A stretch of 64,000 nucleotides of DNA from assembly GCA_020184695.1 (NCBI GenBank), contig JAANOX010000121.1, positions 62,001 through 126,000 of the forward strand, written 5' to 3'. This DNA is from Histomonas meleagridis 2922-C6/04-290x (Eukaryota; Protista; Parabasalia). A model generated the notes under the pieces. The model worked only from the letters and a program-made list of their open reading frames with translations, did not search any database and was not told the DNA's origin. Below are positions 43,918 to 54,531 of the stretch, one piece after another. A program made the translations under genes and the position numbers. How positions within the stretch are numbered: position 1 is the stretch's first letter; every line of letters begins with the position of its first letter.

Positions 43918-43971
43918 ATCTTTAGCATTTAAATCATGAAAGGTTCCTACTGAGCTTCCACTGGATCCCAT
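43639..43971 (-). CDS. Head of array D: 18-aa leader MGSSGSSVGTFHDLNAKD (N-myristoylation-like), reading through one 72-nt spacer into cassette 1
   Basis: ATG at 43971 with Inr-like TCACA immediately upstream; MGxxxS motif; the leader ends in an ankyrin-terminal LNAKD. Confidence 0.7.
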   Translation of the reverse strand: MGSSGSSVGTFHDLNAKDVNINVYFVYFVFQNHNCSLFKSLIAALIKASETGQTRTVKLLLGQKGIDVNVKDVYLLSLKFILIIRIFKIIIGIYSNNLIHYLFWHLKKVT

Positions 43972-44517
43972 TTGTGAAGTGTCATTTTTTTCAACACAAG
44001 TTCTGCCCACCAAACCGCTGGGTTTTCATAGTGCATCGTCAATGTAAAGTACTTATTCTACTCGATTTCGCGTGGGCAAATTTTAATGGCATTCAAATTA
44101 ATTCAGAGTTATTTTGAACTAACACGTTTAATTTTCTGCTCAACGGTTTTGACCACAAGAGAATAATTATTGAAACTTCGAATCTAAAGCTACACGTTTA
44201 AGGATATATGCGTTTCTTTCATTATTATAGTGAAACTAATTCAAAATATTGAAATTAATATTTCATTTTCTGCTCTTTGATTCTTCTTTCTTTTCGTTAA
44301 TTTTCATCTAAATGTGTTTATTCTCACCTATATGCGTTTCTTTTCAGTATTTTATATCAATTCTCACTTACATGTGATTGTTCTCATTTATCATTACTTA
44401 AATGTGCATAATAAAAACTATTTTTTTTGATAAAAATGTTTTAAGTGTTTCATGAATAAAATTTCAGCAAAAAATTTATACAAAATCTAAATACAATATT
44501 TTTTAGTTTGTCGTATA

Positions 44518-45387
44518 TTAAAGCAAATCATTTACCATTGATATCCCTTCGACTTCTATGTTACTTTGTTCCCTCTTTTCGACCTGGAAATGACTTTGAT
44601 AAATTTTGGTCACGAAGTCATTGATTTCGGGGTCAACATCCAAAATCTTTTTGTATGAAGTTTTGAGATATGTTGCCGAACCAGGTGAATTCTGGAGTAC
44701 CGATTGGATAAAGTGTCGGGTGAAAACAAATAGTGGTGTAACAGCTGGGAAATATTCGGGTTTTTGCTCGATGGCAAAATTGTAAAGTTTTTCAGCTAGC
44801 TCAGGACCTCTTCCATTTTGTGCTAATAAGGCAAGAACACAGCGACAAATAATGAATTGGGCATTATAAATTTGATCCTTTTCATTTGGATTTGATAATA
44901 CCCATTTCCATAATAGGCTAGTAAGACTTTCAATATATGGGTTTAAGTCATAGTCACTGTTGAGGTGCATCAAAATTAATTTAATATACCCAATTTGTGC
45001 ATGATTGTAATCATTCATGGATTCAGATATTGAAATTTGCTTAAGAATTATTTCTTCTTTGTTATCAAGAAAAGCTTGAGTTGCCATGAAGAATTGATAA
45101 AGCTCAGGAGATGAACACTCTGGTTGGATTGCTTGGATATATTCATAAAATTTTGTTTTTAATTCATCGCTGACTTGATTAACATCAACGAGCTTACACG
45201 CACGATGAGCACATACAACAGATGAAGCATATTGAGATTTTGCTAAAAAAATGTTTGCGAGTTTTAATAGAAAAATAATGGCTTCATCATTTTTGCCTTG
45301 TGCTTTTAGCTTCCTTACAACCAAAGAACTTCTTTCGACCGCCAAATAACTATCGCCTGTTTCTGCAATACTGATGACCTTATCCAT
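44518..45387 (-). CDS. GET4: GET4 (Golgi-to-ER traffic protein 4)
   Basis: FIICRCVLALL (cf. LFVAQAVLQFL), TPLFVFTRHF (cf. PLLNFIWFL) and YKKILDVDPEINDFVTKIYQSHF (cf. YQPSLRRDP.YNEYLDRIGQLFF). Confidence 0.7.
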   Translation of the reverse strand: MDKVISIAETGDSYLAVERSSLVVRKLKAQGKNDEAIIFLLKLANIFLAKSQYASSVVCAHRACKLVDVNQVSDELKTKFYEYIQAIQPECSSPELYQFFMATQAFLDNKEEIILKQISISESMNDYNHAQIGYIKLILMHLNSDYDLNPYIESLTSLLWKWVLSNPNEKDQIYNAQFIICRCVLALLAQNGRGPELAEKLYNFAIEQKPEYFPAVTPLFVFTRHFIQSVLQNSPGSATYLKTSYKKILDVDPEINDFVTKIYQSHFQVEKREQSNIEVEGISMVNDLL

Positions 45388-45868
45388 CCTAAAAGGGGTA
45401 AATTACCCATTTAATTTGAGTAGCTTTGTTCAAGTGCAAAAGTATCAAAAGAAACAAGAAAAACGCATCATAAATACCTAATACTACTATTAAATGAAAG
45501 AGGTGATAGCTATTTTCACCAGATATTAAAAAAAGAGTTTTAATTAATAAATTAAAAAATTAGAAATTAATTTACTATCTATAAAAATTGTTATTACTTA
45601 ATCCGAAATACATTACATCGAATCAATAAACATGAAAAAATTAGAACAAAGTTCTAGCAGTAATTTACAAATTTTGAATTAATTAATATATGTTGCTTCT
45701 TTTAAATACATCTAACTATGGCACATATATAGTGTTTATTAAACATCGTGTAACAGAGAAAATTTATATTTTTGTAACTTTCGCCATAAAATACGTTCCA
45801 AACCTTTTGGCTGAAATCTGGTACCGTTCCATTGGAATTTGTGAGAAAATTGTTAACGGTTACTTTAT

Positions 45869-47266
45869 ATGATAAGCAAAACTGAGGTCGACCCCTACGC
45901 CCATGGAGCTCCTGATCTTCAGAGCTTTCTACCAAACGAATGCATAATAAAGGTTTCAAATAGCACTGCTAGTATTCACGCGGCATCAATGAGAGCTCTT
46001 GTATTATTTATATATCATCCATTCGTATTCCATGATGTTTACAATCATCAGTTTATATTGGCATGCCATAATATAAATATTAAGATGACTGAAGTAAATG
46101 GATATATTTTGGATTTTCTACAAAATTTCCAGAAAAAAATGTCAATTGACGAATTTTGGATAATACCAGAACAAGTGATTGTTCACACATTGGAATTTTT
46201 CAAAGCATGGGATGAAGACTTTCCACATGACTTTGTTGATGATAATGATGTTGAGCAAATCAGAGAACAAGTTCACAAAATATTTGATTTACTTTCATCT
46301 ATCGATATTTCAGAACGTTGCTCACCTGATATTTCCTCTCTTTTACAAAAAATTGATATGTATTTTTATGTAGATTCTCAAATCAAATCAAAAGAATTTT
46401 TGAACCAAGAGCCCATCTACATCGATATCATATGTGATGAAACCAAGCCTATTTTCCAACGTGCCGATCCATTTATTATTGCTCAACATTTCATGTCAAT
46501 TGAAATCCAAAAGTTTTCAGCCATTGAACGTATTGAACTTCTTCAATGGAGTCGTGAATCCTGTAAGAAAGATAGTCGTTCCAAACATCTCCAACAATTA
46601 ATTCAACATTTCAATCGTACATCCCTTTATGTTGGTTGGTCCATCCTTAGCACCAAATCTCTCCAAGAGCGAGTACGTGTTCTTGAGTCATGGATTCGTA
46701 TTCTTGACGCTGCTTATCAAATCAAAAATTTCAATTTACTTTTTGAGATCGACGGTTCATTGAACCACCCCGCAGTTGAACGTTTAAGCGAAACATGGCG
46801 TTCTGTTGATCCAACGCTAGTTTCACGATTTAGTAATCTTACAAAGATTACATCACCATTAAGTAAGTTCAAGAACTATTTCCAAGAGTTAAACAAGTGT
46901 GACGTTGGAACTACATTACCAAATATCGGACCATGGCTTACAGATATGACATTTATCGAAGATGGGAAACCAAATTATGTCACACTTCCTAACAAAGAAA
47001 AGGGAATTAACTTCTTAAAACAGAAATTATATTATGAGCCATTTACAATGATACAGAAACCATGGGGCGCAGAAATGAGATTCGAGTTAAGCAAAGTACT
47101 CATAGATAGCATAACAAAGGAAATAGACGAAACAGATCGAAATATGGATGATGCAGAAATGTTCAATATGTCACATCAGTTGGAAAAAGACACTAACCCG
47201 GATTCAACAACGGAGAAATTCGAATACAAAAAAAGCGATAAAGAAAAGGACTGTGTCATTTGCTAG
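45869..47266 (+). CDS. RasGEF (CDC25-type) domain protein ending in CaaX (CVIC)
   Basis: IAQHFMSIE, HFNRTSLYV, ERVRVLESWI, KNFNLLFEI..SL.HPAVERL..TW, LPNIGPWLTDMTFIEDG and INFLK motifs. Confidence 0.88.
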   Translation: MISKTEVDPYAHGAPDLQSFLPNECIIKVSNSTASIHAASMRALVLFIYHPFVFHDVYNHQFILACHNINIKMTEVNGYILDFLQNFQKKMSIDEFWIIPEQVIVHTLEFFKAWDEDFPHDFVDDNDVEQIREQVHKIFDLLSSIDISERCSPDISSLLQKIDMYFYVDSQIKSKEFLNQEPIYIDIICDETKPIFQRADPFIIAQHFMSIEIQKFSAIERIELLQWSRESCKKDSRSKHLQQLIQHFNRTSLYVGWSILSTKSLQERVRVLESWIRILDAAYQIKNFNLLFEIDGSLNHPAVERLSETWRSVDPTLVSRFSNLTKITSPLSKFKNYFQELNKCDVGTTLPNIGPWLTDMTFIEDGKPNYVTLPNKEKGINFLKQKLYYEPFTMIQKPWGAEMRFELSKVLIDSITKEIDETDRNMDDAEMFNMSHQLEKDTNPDSTTEKFEYKKSDKEKDCVIC

Positions 47267-48027
47267 GCTAAAAAGAAAAAGTAAAAATTCCATGTGAAAA
47301 TATATGTTGAATTTGAAAGGTCTTTAATAGATAAAAAATTATTTAAATTTCATTTTTTTTCTTTTACAATTAAATATTTTACTTAAGAACAAAACTTTAG
47401 TTTAATGGGAATTTTTCACATCAATGTTTTGTGTCTAAGAGATTAAATTTATTAATTTCAATTTGCTTATCAATAAATGCAGAATAAACTGTTTCAAATA
47501 ATTTAAGAATTTCCAAAATTTTAATCAAAAATCAAACTCAATAAACAAAATTTGAACAGTACAATGAATCTATATAATAAAATTAATTTTAATTCATTTT
47601 CGCTGAAAAAAATAATACTGACCTTTTGTAGAAACACTTGTGTAACAAAACAAATTAAACGTAGAATCTATAAATTCATTTACATGAAAAATATATTTAA
47701 AGATATCATTTCGATGAATTTCTGTTGCTGTTTCATATGCATTTTTAAACTAACTCCAAAGAAAATGACTACACAAATTTTGCACAAACATATTTATTTA
47801 ATGTTTGGGATATTTTTAAAAAATAATATCCTTAATAATTATTAAATTGTTGATCCAATAAGTAACTATAATTTTTTTTTAAATAACAAAACGATGCATG
47901 AAAAATAATTCAAAAATTCCATACTAAACCTCAAATTATTAATTAGTTTAATTGATATTCTCATTAATATATTTAAAAATCATTTTTCCATAACATATAA
48001 ATTCATTTAATTTTATTCAAACAATTT

Positions 48028-51000
48028 CTATCCTTTTATTGCCTTCATACAAGCGACAGCCGCCGCCTTCAGCTCATTTTCACCATAATCGGCCGCCTTT
48101 TTCAGCGCAGTCAACAGTGACGCAGTACCTTTTAATCTCAGTTTTGTTGCTGAGCTATTTTCGGCAGCCCATTGCAAAGTCTTTAGCACCATCATCAGCT
48201 GTTGTTTGCATTCACTTCTTTTACAACCTTGCGACAAAGTTAAAGCGAAAGGCACGAAAGAAGACTCTACAACGACGTCATTCATATTATTTAAAGGAGT
48301 GAAAATTCTAATTAAAGCGCAAAAACAATTTGCAGCGATTGGATAATCGATTAGTATCACTGCAGTTTTCGAAGCAATTGCAGCGATTGCGTTTATCGAT
48401 TTTATTATATTTCTTTTAGATGAGTTTGACTTAGTTTTTATTAATATGTTTTCGATCATGTCGAGTGTTAAAGATAACAATTTCAAAGTCGATTCGATGT
48501 TTTCCTTTTTTTCCATCGATAATATCAATGAAGGAATGAAACGAGAATTAATTAAACAATCGATTGTTGGCGGCGTTTCTTTCATAATCAAAATAGACAA
48601 TGAAAGTGCCGAAATATTTTCATTCATATTCGAAAAGATTATCGACAATATTAAAGGTTTTGTAATTATCGAATTTAATAGTGTTTTCTTTTCATTACAG
48701 ACATTTAATAAAACGCGAAGTGTTTGATCAATAATTAATGGCTCATCTTGAAGTAAAGATGAAAGTTGTGGAAAGATATCAGACTCTATAAATGATATTA
48801 TTGACTCATCAATTAATAATTGCGATGTAGAATCAGCAATAAGTTTCATTGTCGTAAATCGAACAACACTAAGTTGTGAATTAAGTGCACGAAACAAATC
48901 ATTAATTATCGTGACGTCACATATTTGATAACATAATGAAATTTGTACGATTTGTAATATTAATTCGCTTTTTGCTGCGTTAAATGTACAACTTCGAATA
49001 ATTCGATGTATTTTCTTTTCGAACTTCTCATTCCAAATGCGTTGTGTGAATTGTCGATTTTGCATGGCATCATATACAATTTGTAATAATGAATAATCAT
49101 TGTTAGTTTTAAGGATTATATCAATGATTGATTCACAAAATTGTATAACAATTTCAACAACAACTTTATATATCTTCGGATTTTCATTTTGCATCTTATC
49201 CAAATATGCAAAGAATTTTGATGATATATTAAGAAATTCTTCATATGTGTCACGATATATGATACATAATGAAAGAAATGATTTCGTTTTAAGTTCGCCT
49301 TGGCCATTGATAAAGGTATTAACAATGTTTTCTTTAATGGCTGTAAGTGTATCTGTCTCAGAACCAATGATTATGGATAAAATTTGAAGATTATCATTAC
49401 CTTTGGTCATGAATAGTTTGATGAGATTTTTAATAAAATCAGGCGATGTCGGAGTATGAGTGGAATAAAAGACTGCTAAACAGATCGCATAGCTTTCAAG
49501 ATGATGTGGTGTTTGGAAATCAAATCTATTAACATCATATGAAATGAGAATTTTCTCGATTTTAGAATTCGAGAAAAAATTGGAGAGGCCTGGCGATAGA
49601 AGTGCATTTGCAAGAGTTCGTAAACTAATATTTCTGATTATATTATCATTTGATTTTATCCCATTGATTAGGATTTTTTGGAGATTTTTTGGAAGTGAAT
49701 TATATGAAGGATCATGACAATAATAAGTAATTATTTCACAGATGACTGCAATAGCAGTTTTTGAAACTTGTTCCTGAGGATTCGAACAGAGTTTCTCAAT
49801 TTGTTCTGTGTTTATATTTTTGTTTACCGCAATTGAATTGGATATACATATCCCATATAAAAGTAAAAAGAGATAAGAAAGTTGTTGGTGTTTCGTTGAT
49901 GCTGCAAATTTCGGGAGTTCAAGAAATAGTTCAGAATTTGAAATATTATTTGCAACATCAGGTGATTTAGCAAGTTTGATCAAATATGACAAAACAGGGC
50001 CTTTGACATTCATCCTGTCAACACCTTTGAATGTTGATATCAACTTTGAAATTGCATTATTAAAATCTGTCACATTATTTGTACGCAAAGAAGATGAAGA
50101 AATAGGCAAAGAAACACCGTCATAAGATGGAAGGCTGTTTTTCTCAGTTACATTAGAAATTACAGATGTTGGTGATAATAATGTGCTTGAGTAAATTAAT
50201 GATTGTAAAGAGACATTTTCATTATTTGATTCCAATCCTTCTCCTTTGAGGACTTTAGATAACCTTAAAGATTGAGAAATTGTTACACTTGATTTTCTTC
50301 CCTTTGAAACTTTAGGAGTAGAATCAAAATGTTTTTGTGTAGGAAGACTTTTAGCGTTAAAGTTAGTGAAAGTGTTATCAAGTCTTTCTCGAAGAGAATT
50401 TTCCCAAAATGGATGTCTAATAACTTCTTGCCAATTAGGTCTCTTATATGGATTCTTATCAAGTAACTTAAGAACTAGATCATCGAAGTTATCTGATAGT
50501 CCTGTGGGATTTGCATTAGACGTATTAATCATTTCAATGAGTTTTGTTTCATCTTCTGCAACAAATGGGGGTGCCCCTGTTGCCAACTGATACATCAAAC
50601 AGCCAAGTGCGTAAAGATCAGAAGCAAATGAAGGATATGATCCATCAAAAAGTAATTCTGGTGCTAAATACTGAAGCATTTCATAATCAACATTTGAGAA
50701 ATTTAATTGGGTATCAATTGGTAAAGACCTACAAAAATCACTGAGCATAACAATACCACTTTCGTCTAATAGAATATTACGTGGTGACATATCACAATAA
50801 ATAATTCCATTTTGATGAAGGTATAAGAGTCCAGCTAAAATATCACTAGAAAATATTCTTAATATCGACTCTGGAAGGCAAGCATCGCGATCAAGTAGTT
50901 CTTGGAGAGTTCCGCCTGGACAATATTCAAAAATAACATAAATTTTGTTGGTGGTTTGATACCAATTAATAAATTGCACAATGTTATAGTGGGATAAATT

Positions 51001-51177
51001 GTGTATCATTTGTACTGTATTAAAAATTTCTTCTGCTCGCTTAATATCAACACATTTTGCTGCAACATAATCAATTGTATTTTTAATGCGCCCTTTGTAT
51101 ACAATCGTAGGCGCATAGAAAGGTGATTGTCTGCCTGTACCTATTTCATTATAAAGTTCAACATTGAAATCGCCCAT
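48028..51177 (-). CDS. ULK4: ULK4/RUNKEL-like pseudokinase with C-terminal HEAT/ARM repeats
   Basis: ATG at 51177 (MGDFNVELYNEIG); VYKGRIKNTIDYVA, WYQTTNKIYVIFEYCPGG, IIYCDMSPRNILL and SDFC parallel ULK4. Confidence 0.85.
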   Translation of the reverse strand: MGDFNVELYNEIGTGRQSPFYAPTIVYKGRIKNTIDYVAAKCVDIKRAEEIFNTVQMIHNLSHYNIVQFINWYQTTNKIYVIFEYCPGGTLQELLDRDACLPESILRIFSSDILAGLLYLHQNGIIYCDMSPRNILLDESGIVMLSDFCRSLPIDTQLNFSNVDYEMLQYLAPELLFDGSYPSFASDLYALGCLMYQLATGAPPFVAEDETKLIEMINTSNANPTGLSDNFDDLVLKLLDKNPYKRPNWQEVIRHPFWENSLRERLDNTFTNFNAKSLPTQKHFDSTPKVSKGRKSSVTISQSLRLSKVLKGEGLESNNENVSLQSLIYSSTLLSPTSVISNVTEKNSLPSYDGVSLPISSSSLRTNNVTDFNNAISKLISTFKGVDRMNVKGPVLSYLIKLAKSPDVANNISNSELFLELPKFAASTKHQQLSYLFLLLYGICISNSIAVNKNINTEQIEKLCSNPQEQVSKTAIAVICEIITYYCHDPSYNSLPKNLQKILINGIKSNDNIIRNISLRTLANALLSPGLSNFFSNSKIEKILISYDVNRFDFQTPHHLESYAICLAVFYSTHTPTSPDFIKNLIKLFMTKGNDNLQILSIIIGSETDTLTAIKENIVNTFINGQGELKTKSFLSLCIIYRDTYEEFLNISSKFFAYLDKMQNENPKIYKVVVEIVIQFCESIIDIILKTNNDYSLLQIVYDAMQNRQFTQRIWNEKFEKKIHRIIRSCTFNAAKSELILQIVQISLCYQICDVTIINDLFRALNSQLSVVRFTTMKLIADSTSQLLIDESIISFIESDIFPQLSSLLQDEPLIIDQTLRVLLNVCNEKKTLLNSIITKPLILSIIFSNMNENISALSLSILIMKETPPTIDCLINSRFIPSLILSMEKKENIESTLKLLSLTLDMIENILIKTKSNSSKRNIIKSINAIAAIASKTAVILIDYPIAANCFCALIRIFTPLNNMNDVVVESSFVPFALTLSQGCKRSECKQQLMMVLKTLQWAAENSSATKLRLKGTASLLTALKKAADYGENELKAAAVACMKAIKG

Positions 51178-51867
51178 TTTTTTGCTTTTCACCCACTTTT
51201 TTGAACGGCCGATAGCTATCGTTAATATGAGAACGTTTATGTGGGTCAACTCTTACTAATGAAAATATCTCATTTTATAATCATTTATTATTCCTTAACT
51301 TAGGATTCAAAGAATGAGTCTAGTATGTATAATATTATATTAAAATTAAAAGTATTCTTATTTTCACTTTTTTCAAAAAATAATTTTTTATAATATATAT
51401 AATATTATTAGTGCACCATATGAGTGCACAATGTGTATGGTTATCTAATATATCAAAATGAGAAAAAAAATCAAGAGCCTAATACAGAAAAATTTATATT
51501 ATACTGAAAGATTGGGCAGTCCATCTGTTTCTCGAGCCCAATAAAGAATCTCAAGCAGGTTGATATATTATTTCATCAAATGTGTTTATGATAGTAGTTT
51601 CATCATTCAGCATGTGATTTGACGAAACCATAGCTTCATATAAAATAAAGCAAATTATACCGTGGCTAAATTTAAATAATTTTGAAAAATTTAAAATTTA
51701 AAAAGACATGCATTAAATATAACCACTACTATTAAAGTTTTCAGATCATATACTGTTAAAAGAAGATATTTGCTTCTATCAGTAACAATTTTTCAAAAAA
51801 TGCCGATATTTGTAACGTTTTGGGATACCCCGTTTTATGAGTAAATTTAAACGTTTTTTGGTAACTG

Positions 51868-52494
51868 ATGACAGAAACCCCACATACACTTGATAATCTT
51901 TGCAAAAATGAAAGAGAAAAGGTTTTTGAAATGCTAAAGCAATTGAATGAATATAAGAAGCGATGTGCATCTCTTGAACAAGAATTAATCAAAATGAAAT
52001 TAGAAAATAATCGACTTTCAGGGCAAATCGAAACATTAACATACCAACTCGACTCAACACAAAACAAGTTATATGAGTACATTGACCTATCCAAAGATTC
52101 ACAAACACAGATTGAACAGTTATCAATAAAGTTGCAAAAAATTGAAACAGAGAGAAAGTCATTAAATAACAGATATCAAGATTCTCAAACAGAGTGTATT
52201 ACACTTAGGGATAGTTTACTACAAATGCGTCAAAAACATGAACATCCACTTGTAAGTACATCAACAAATTTCAAACCATATACATGTGAAAAATACACAA
52301 ACACAGATGATAAAACAGTTTTTTTCAAAGACGAAACCACTCAAGTTTCATTTCTGCATTCAAACGTTTTTTCCAACCAAACAGAAACTGTAGACCTACA
52401 ATCACAAACACCACTGTCTATTTCTGATGAAGGAATCCAGACAACAACAGATAATGAGTTAGCATATGTAATATCAATTTTAAATCAATACTAA
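51868..52494 (+). CDS. Coiled-coil hypothetical protein
   Basis: ATG-initiated 208 aa ORF with heptad repeats; begins LDNLCKNEREKVFEMLKQL. Confidence 0.65.
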   Translation: MTETPHTLDNLCKNEREKVFEMLKQLNEYKKRCASLEQELIKMKLENNRLSGQIETLTYQLDSTQNKLYEYIDLSKDSQTQIEQLSIKLQKIETERKSLNNRYQDSQTECITLRDSLLQMRQKHEHPLVSTSTNFKPYTCEKYTNTDDKTVFFKDETTQVSFLHSNVFSNQTETVDLQSQTPLSISDEGIQTTTDNELAYVISILNQY

Positions 52495-52633
52495 TTGTTG
52501 TATATATACAACCCTCTTTTCAGCTGGGCCATACGCGTTATTATAAATTATGTTTGTTTTTATTTTTTCTTAATGAAATTTTTGTTCGACCAAAATATGT
52601 TATTGAATAACTTTGTTTGGTTTATGCAACAAA

Positions 52634-53917
52634 ATGAATTTAGCAAAAACTATCCTTGTTTCATGTAGTAAAAATGAGCAATCAGACTCATTTGCAATAA
52701 GGAATGACAATCTTGCAACAGTGAAAATTTTCGAAGGAAGTACGACTTTACCATCCAAACATTTCACAACAATATCAGAACCTTTTATTCTTACTGTTGA
52801 TATGGACAGAACCAAAAGACTTTCTAGTGCACATGCTACTGGTCTTATTCCTAAAGGCGAATGCATTATTCAAAATGATGCTGAATGCATATATGCAGCC
52901 GATAATTATCTTGCTGTGGGTTCATCTGATGGAACTCTTCGTATCTGGAACACCAATGATGGAGAACTTGTTATTGAACAACAACTTCATCTTGGACCAT
53001 TAACTGTTATCTACATTGACACCACACTTTGGTTATTATTTGCTTCATCCACTACCGGTCGAATTGGTGCATTTTCCATTCCCGAACTCTACACATCTGC
53101 TGAAGCCGATCAAATCTGGAATGTCCATTCATTAAAGATCACAGATTTTGTTGTTTCTTCTGGGACACGTGTTTATACTGTATCCCTTGACAAGACGGCC
53201 AAATGTTATGACTATTGTTCTTCGTGTGAAATTTTTTCTGTTAATCTTCCAACACCAATTACATGTTGTACACTTTCTCATAATGAGTCCATCCTATATT
53301 GCGGAGGCTCCGATGGTTGTATATATCAGATAGAAGTTGCACAAGATGGGCTTCAAGCTCAATTTGAAGGGCACACCATGGAAATCACTGATTTACTCAT
53401 AAGTGACGATGATCGTTCACTCTATTCAATTTCACTTGACTCAACTGTTCGTAGATGGGATACTTCAACAGGGCAAACAATTAATCACATTGATACTAAG
53501 GGAGTTCCGTTTGCACTTCGTTTCATCCCTATTATTGAAGTTCAAGACAGACAAAACTCGGAAGGAAGAAAAGTGAAATTGTCCAAGAAAAAAGCAATTG
53601 AAAGACGCGAACAAATGAAAAAAGGTTTTCCTAAATTACAAAGGCAAATATCGGGAAATAAAAATGATTTAGTCTCGGCACCGATTGAAGATATGCCAAT
53701 TCTTACAGTAGAAGAAGAAACTCAAATTGCAATTGCTGATATATGTAACACAAAAGGAACTTTTGATGTGATAAAGGTGGAAGAAACGCAAGAAATAAAT
53801 GAAAGAGAAGAAAAAAATGAAATGATTAAACCACCATTACATGATGATGAAAATGAAGAAATAAGAAGACAAAATGCTTTGATGTTTCAATATATTATGT
53901 CAAAACAAACAAATTAA
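52634..53917 (+). CDS. IPI3: WD40 protein, IPI3/WDR18-like (Rix1 complex)
   Basis: First in-frame ATG at 52634; HSLKITDF...RVYTVSLDKTAKCYD...LYCGGSDGCIYQ parallels WDR18 HALPITDL..RVATSSLDQTVKLW..MFCGGSEGSIFQ; C-terminal coiled coil. Confidence 0.7.
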   Translation: MNLAKTILVSCSKNEQSDSFAIRNDNLATVKIFEGSTTLPSKHFTTISEPFILTVDMDRTKRLSSAHATGLIPKGECIIQNDAECIYAADNYLAVGSSDGTLRIWNTNDGELVIEQQLHLGPLTVIYIDTTLWLLFASSTTGRIGAFSIPELYTSAEADQIWNVHSLKITDFVVSSGTRVYTVSLDKTAKCYDYCSSCEIFSVNLPTPITCCTLSHNESILYCGGSDGCIYQIEVAQDGLQAQFEGHTMEITDLLISDDDRSLYSISLDSTVRRWDTSTGQTINHIDTKGVPFALRFIPIIEVQDRQNSEGRKVKLSKKKAIERREQMKKGFPKLQRQISGNKNDLVSAPIEDMPILTVEEETQIAIADICNTKGTFDVIKVEETQEINEREEKNEMIKPPLHDDENEEIRRQNALMFQYIMSKQTN

Positions 53918-54531
53918 TATTTTATATAAATCATTTAAAGTTAAAACTTTGTTTTTGGTTAAAAGAGGATAATTTGCGGTTTTGTTTTTAAAAAACAAAG
54001 TGAAAACATAAAATGTTTAAAACATTGGCATTATTTTTTAATTTTTTTAAGACTTGGGCAATGCTAGTAATCTCAATTTTTGACACATTGAAATTGGCAT
54101 TTCTAGAAAACAATTTTTTTGTGATGTGATGAAAACCACCAAATTCGATTATAAAATAAATAAAATTCATTTCTGATATTTCTTTACTTTTTTGTTTACG
54201 TATTAAGTTATGAATAAAATATGTTTTTGATTAATTTTACTTTTTCTTTACATATGTAAAACATTTGAACACAAAAAATATACCACAGATAACAGCGCAT
54301 TGCACTAAGTGTGATCACACGAGGATGACGAGTCTTTGCTTTTTTGAGCTTTACTCACCTTTGAAAAACCTGGAATTAATACAAAAATTGAAAGCGAATT
54401 CTGAGAATATTCTCAAATTTTTAACTTTTTAAATATCATGCCGATCGTCAAAACCTTGGTGTAAAAGCATTTAAATGCTTTTGCCTTTTTGACATGATCG
54501 TTTTTCTCTCAATTTAGTGGAGCCAGATCAA

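Noticed and set aside
54310-54405. Palindrome GTGTGATCACAC and a possible box C/D snoRNA (GGATGA...CTGA)
   Set aside because: Box C is imperfect, there is no terminal stem and no recognisable rRNA guide.
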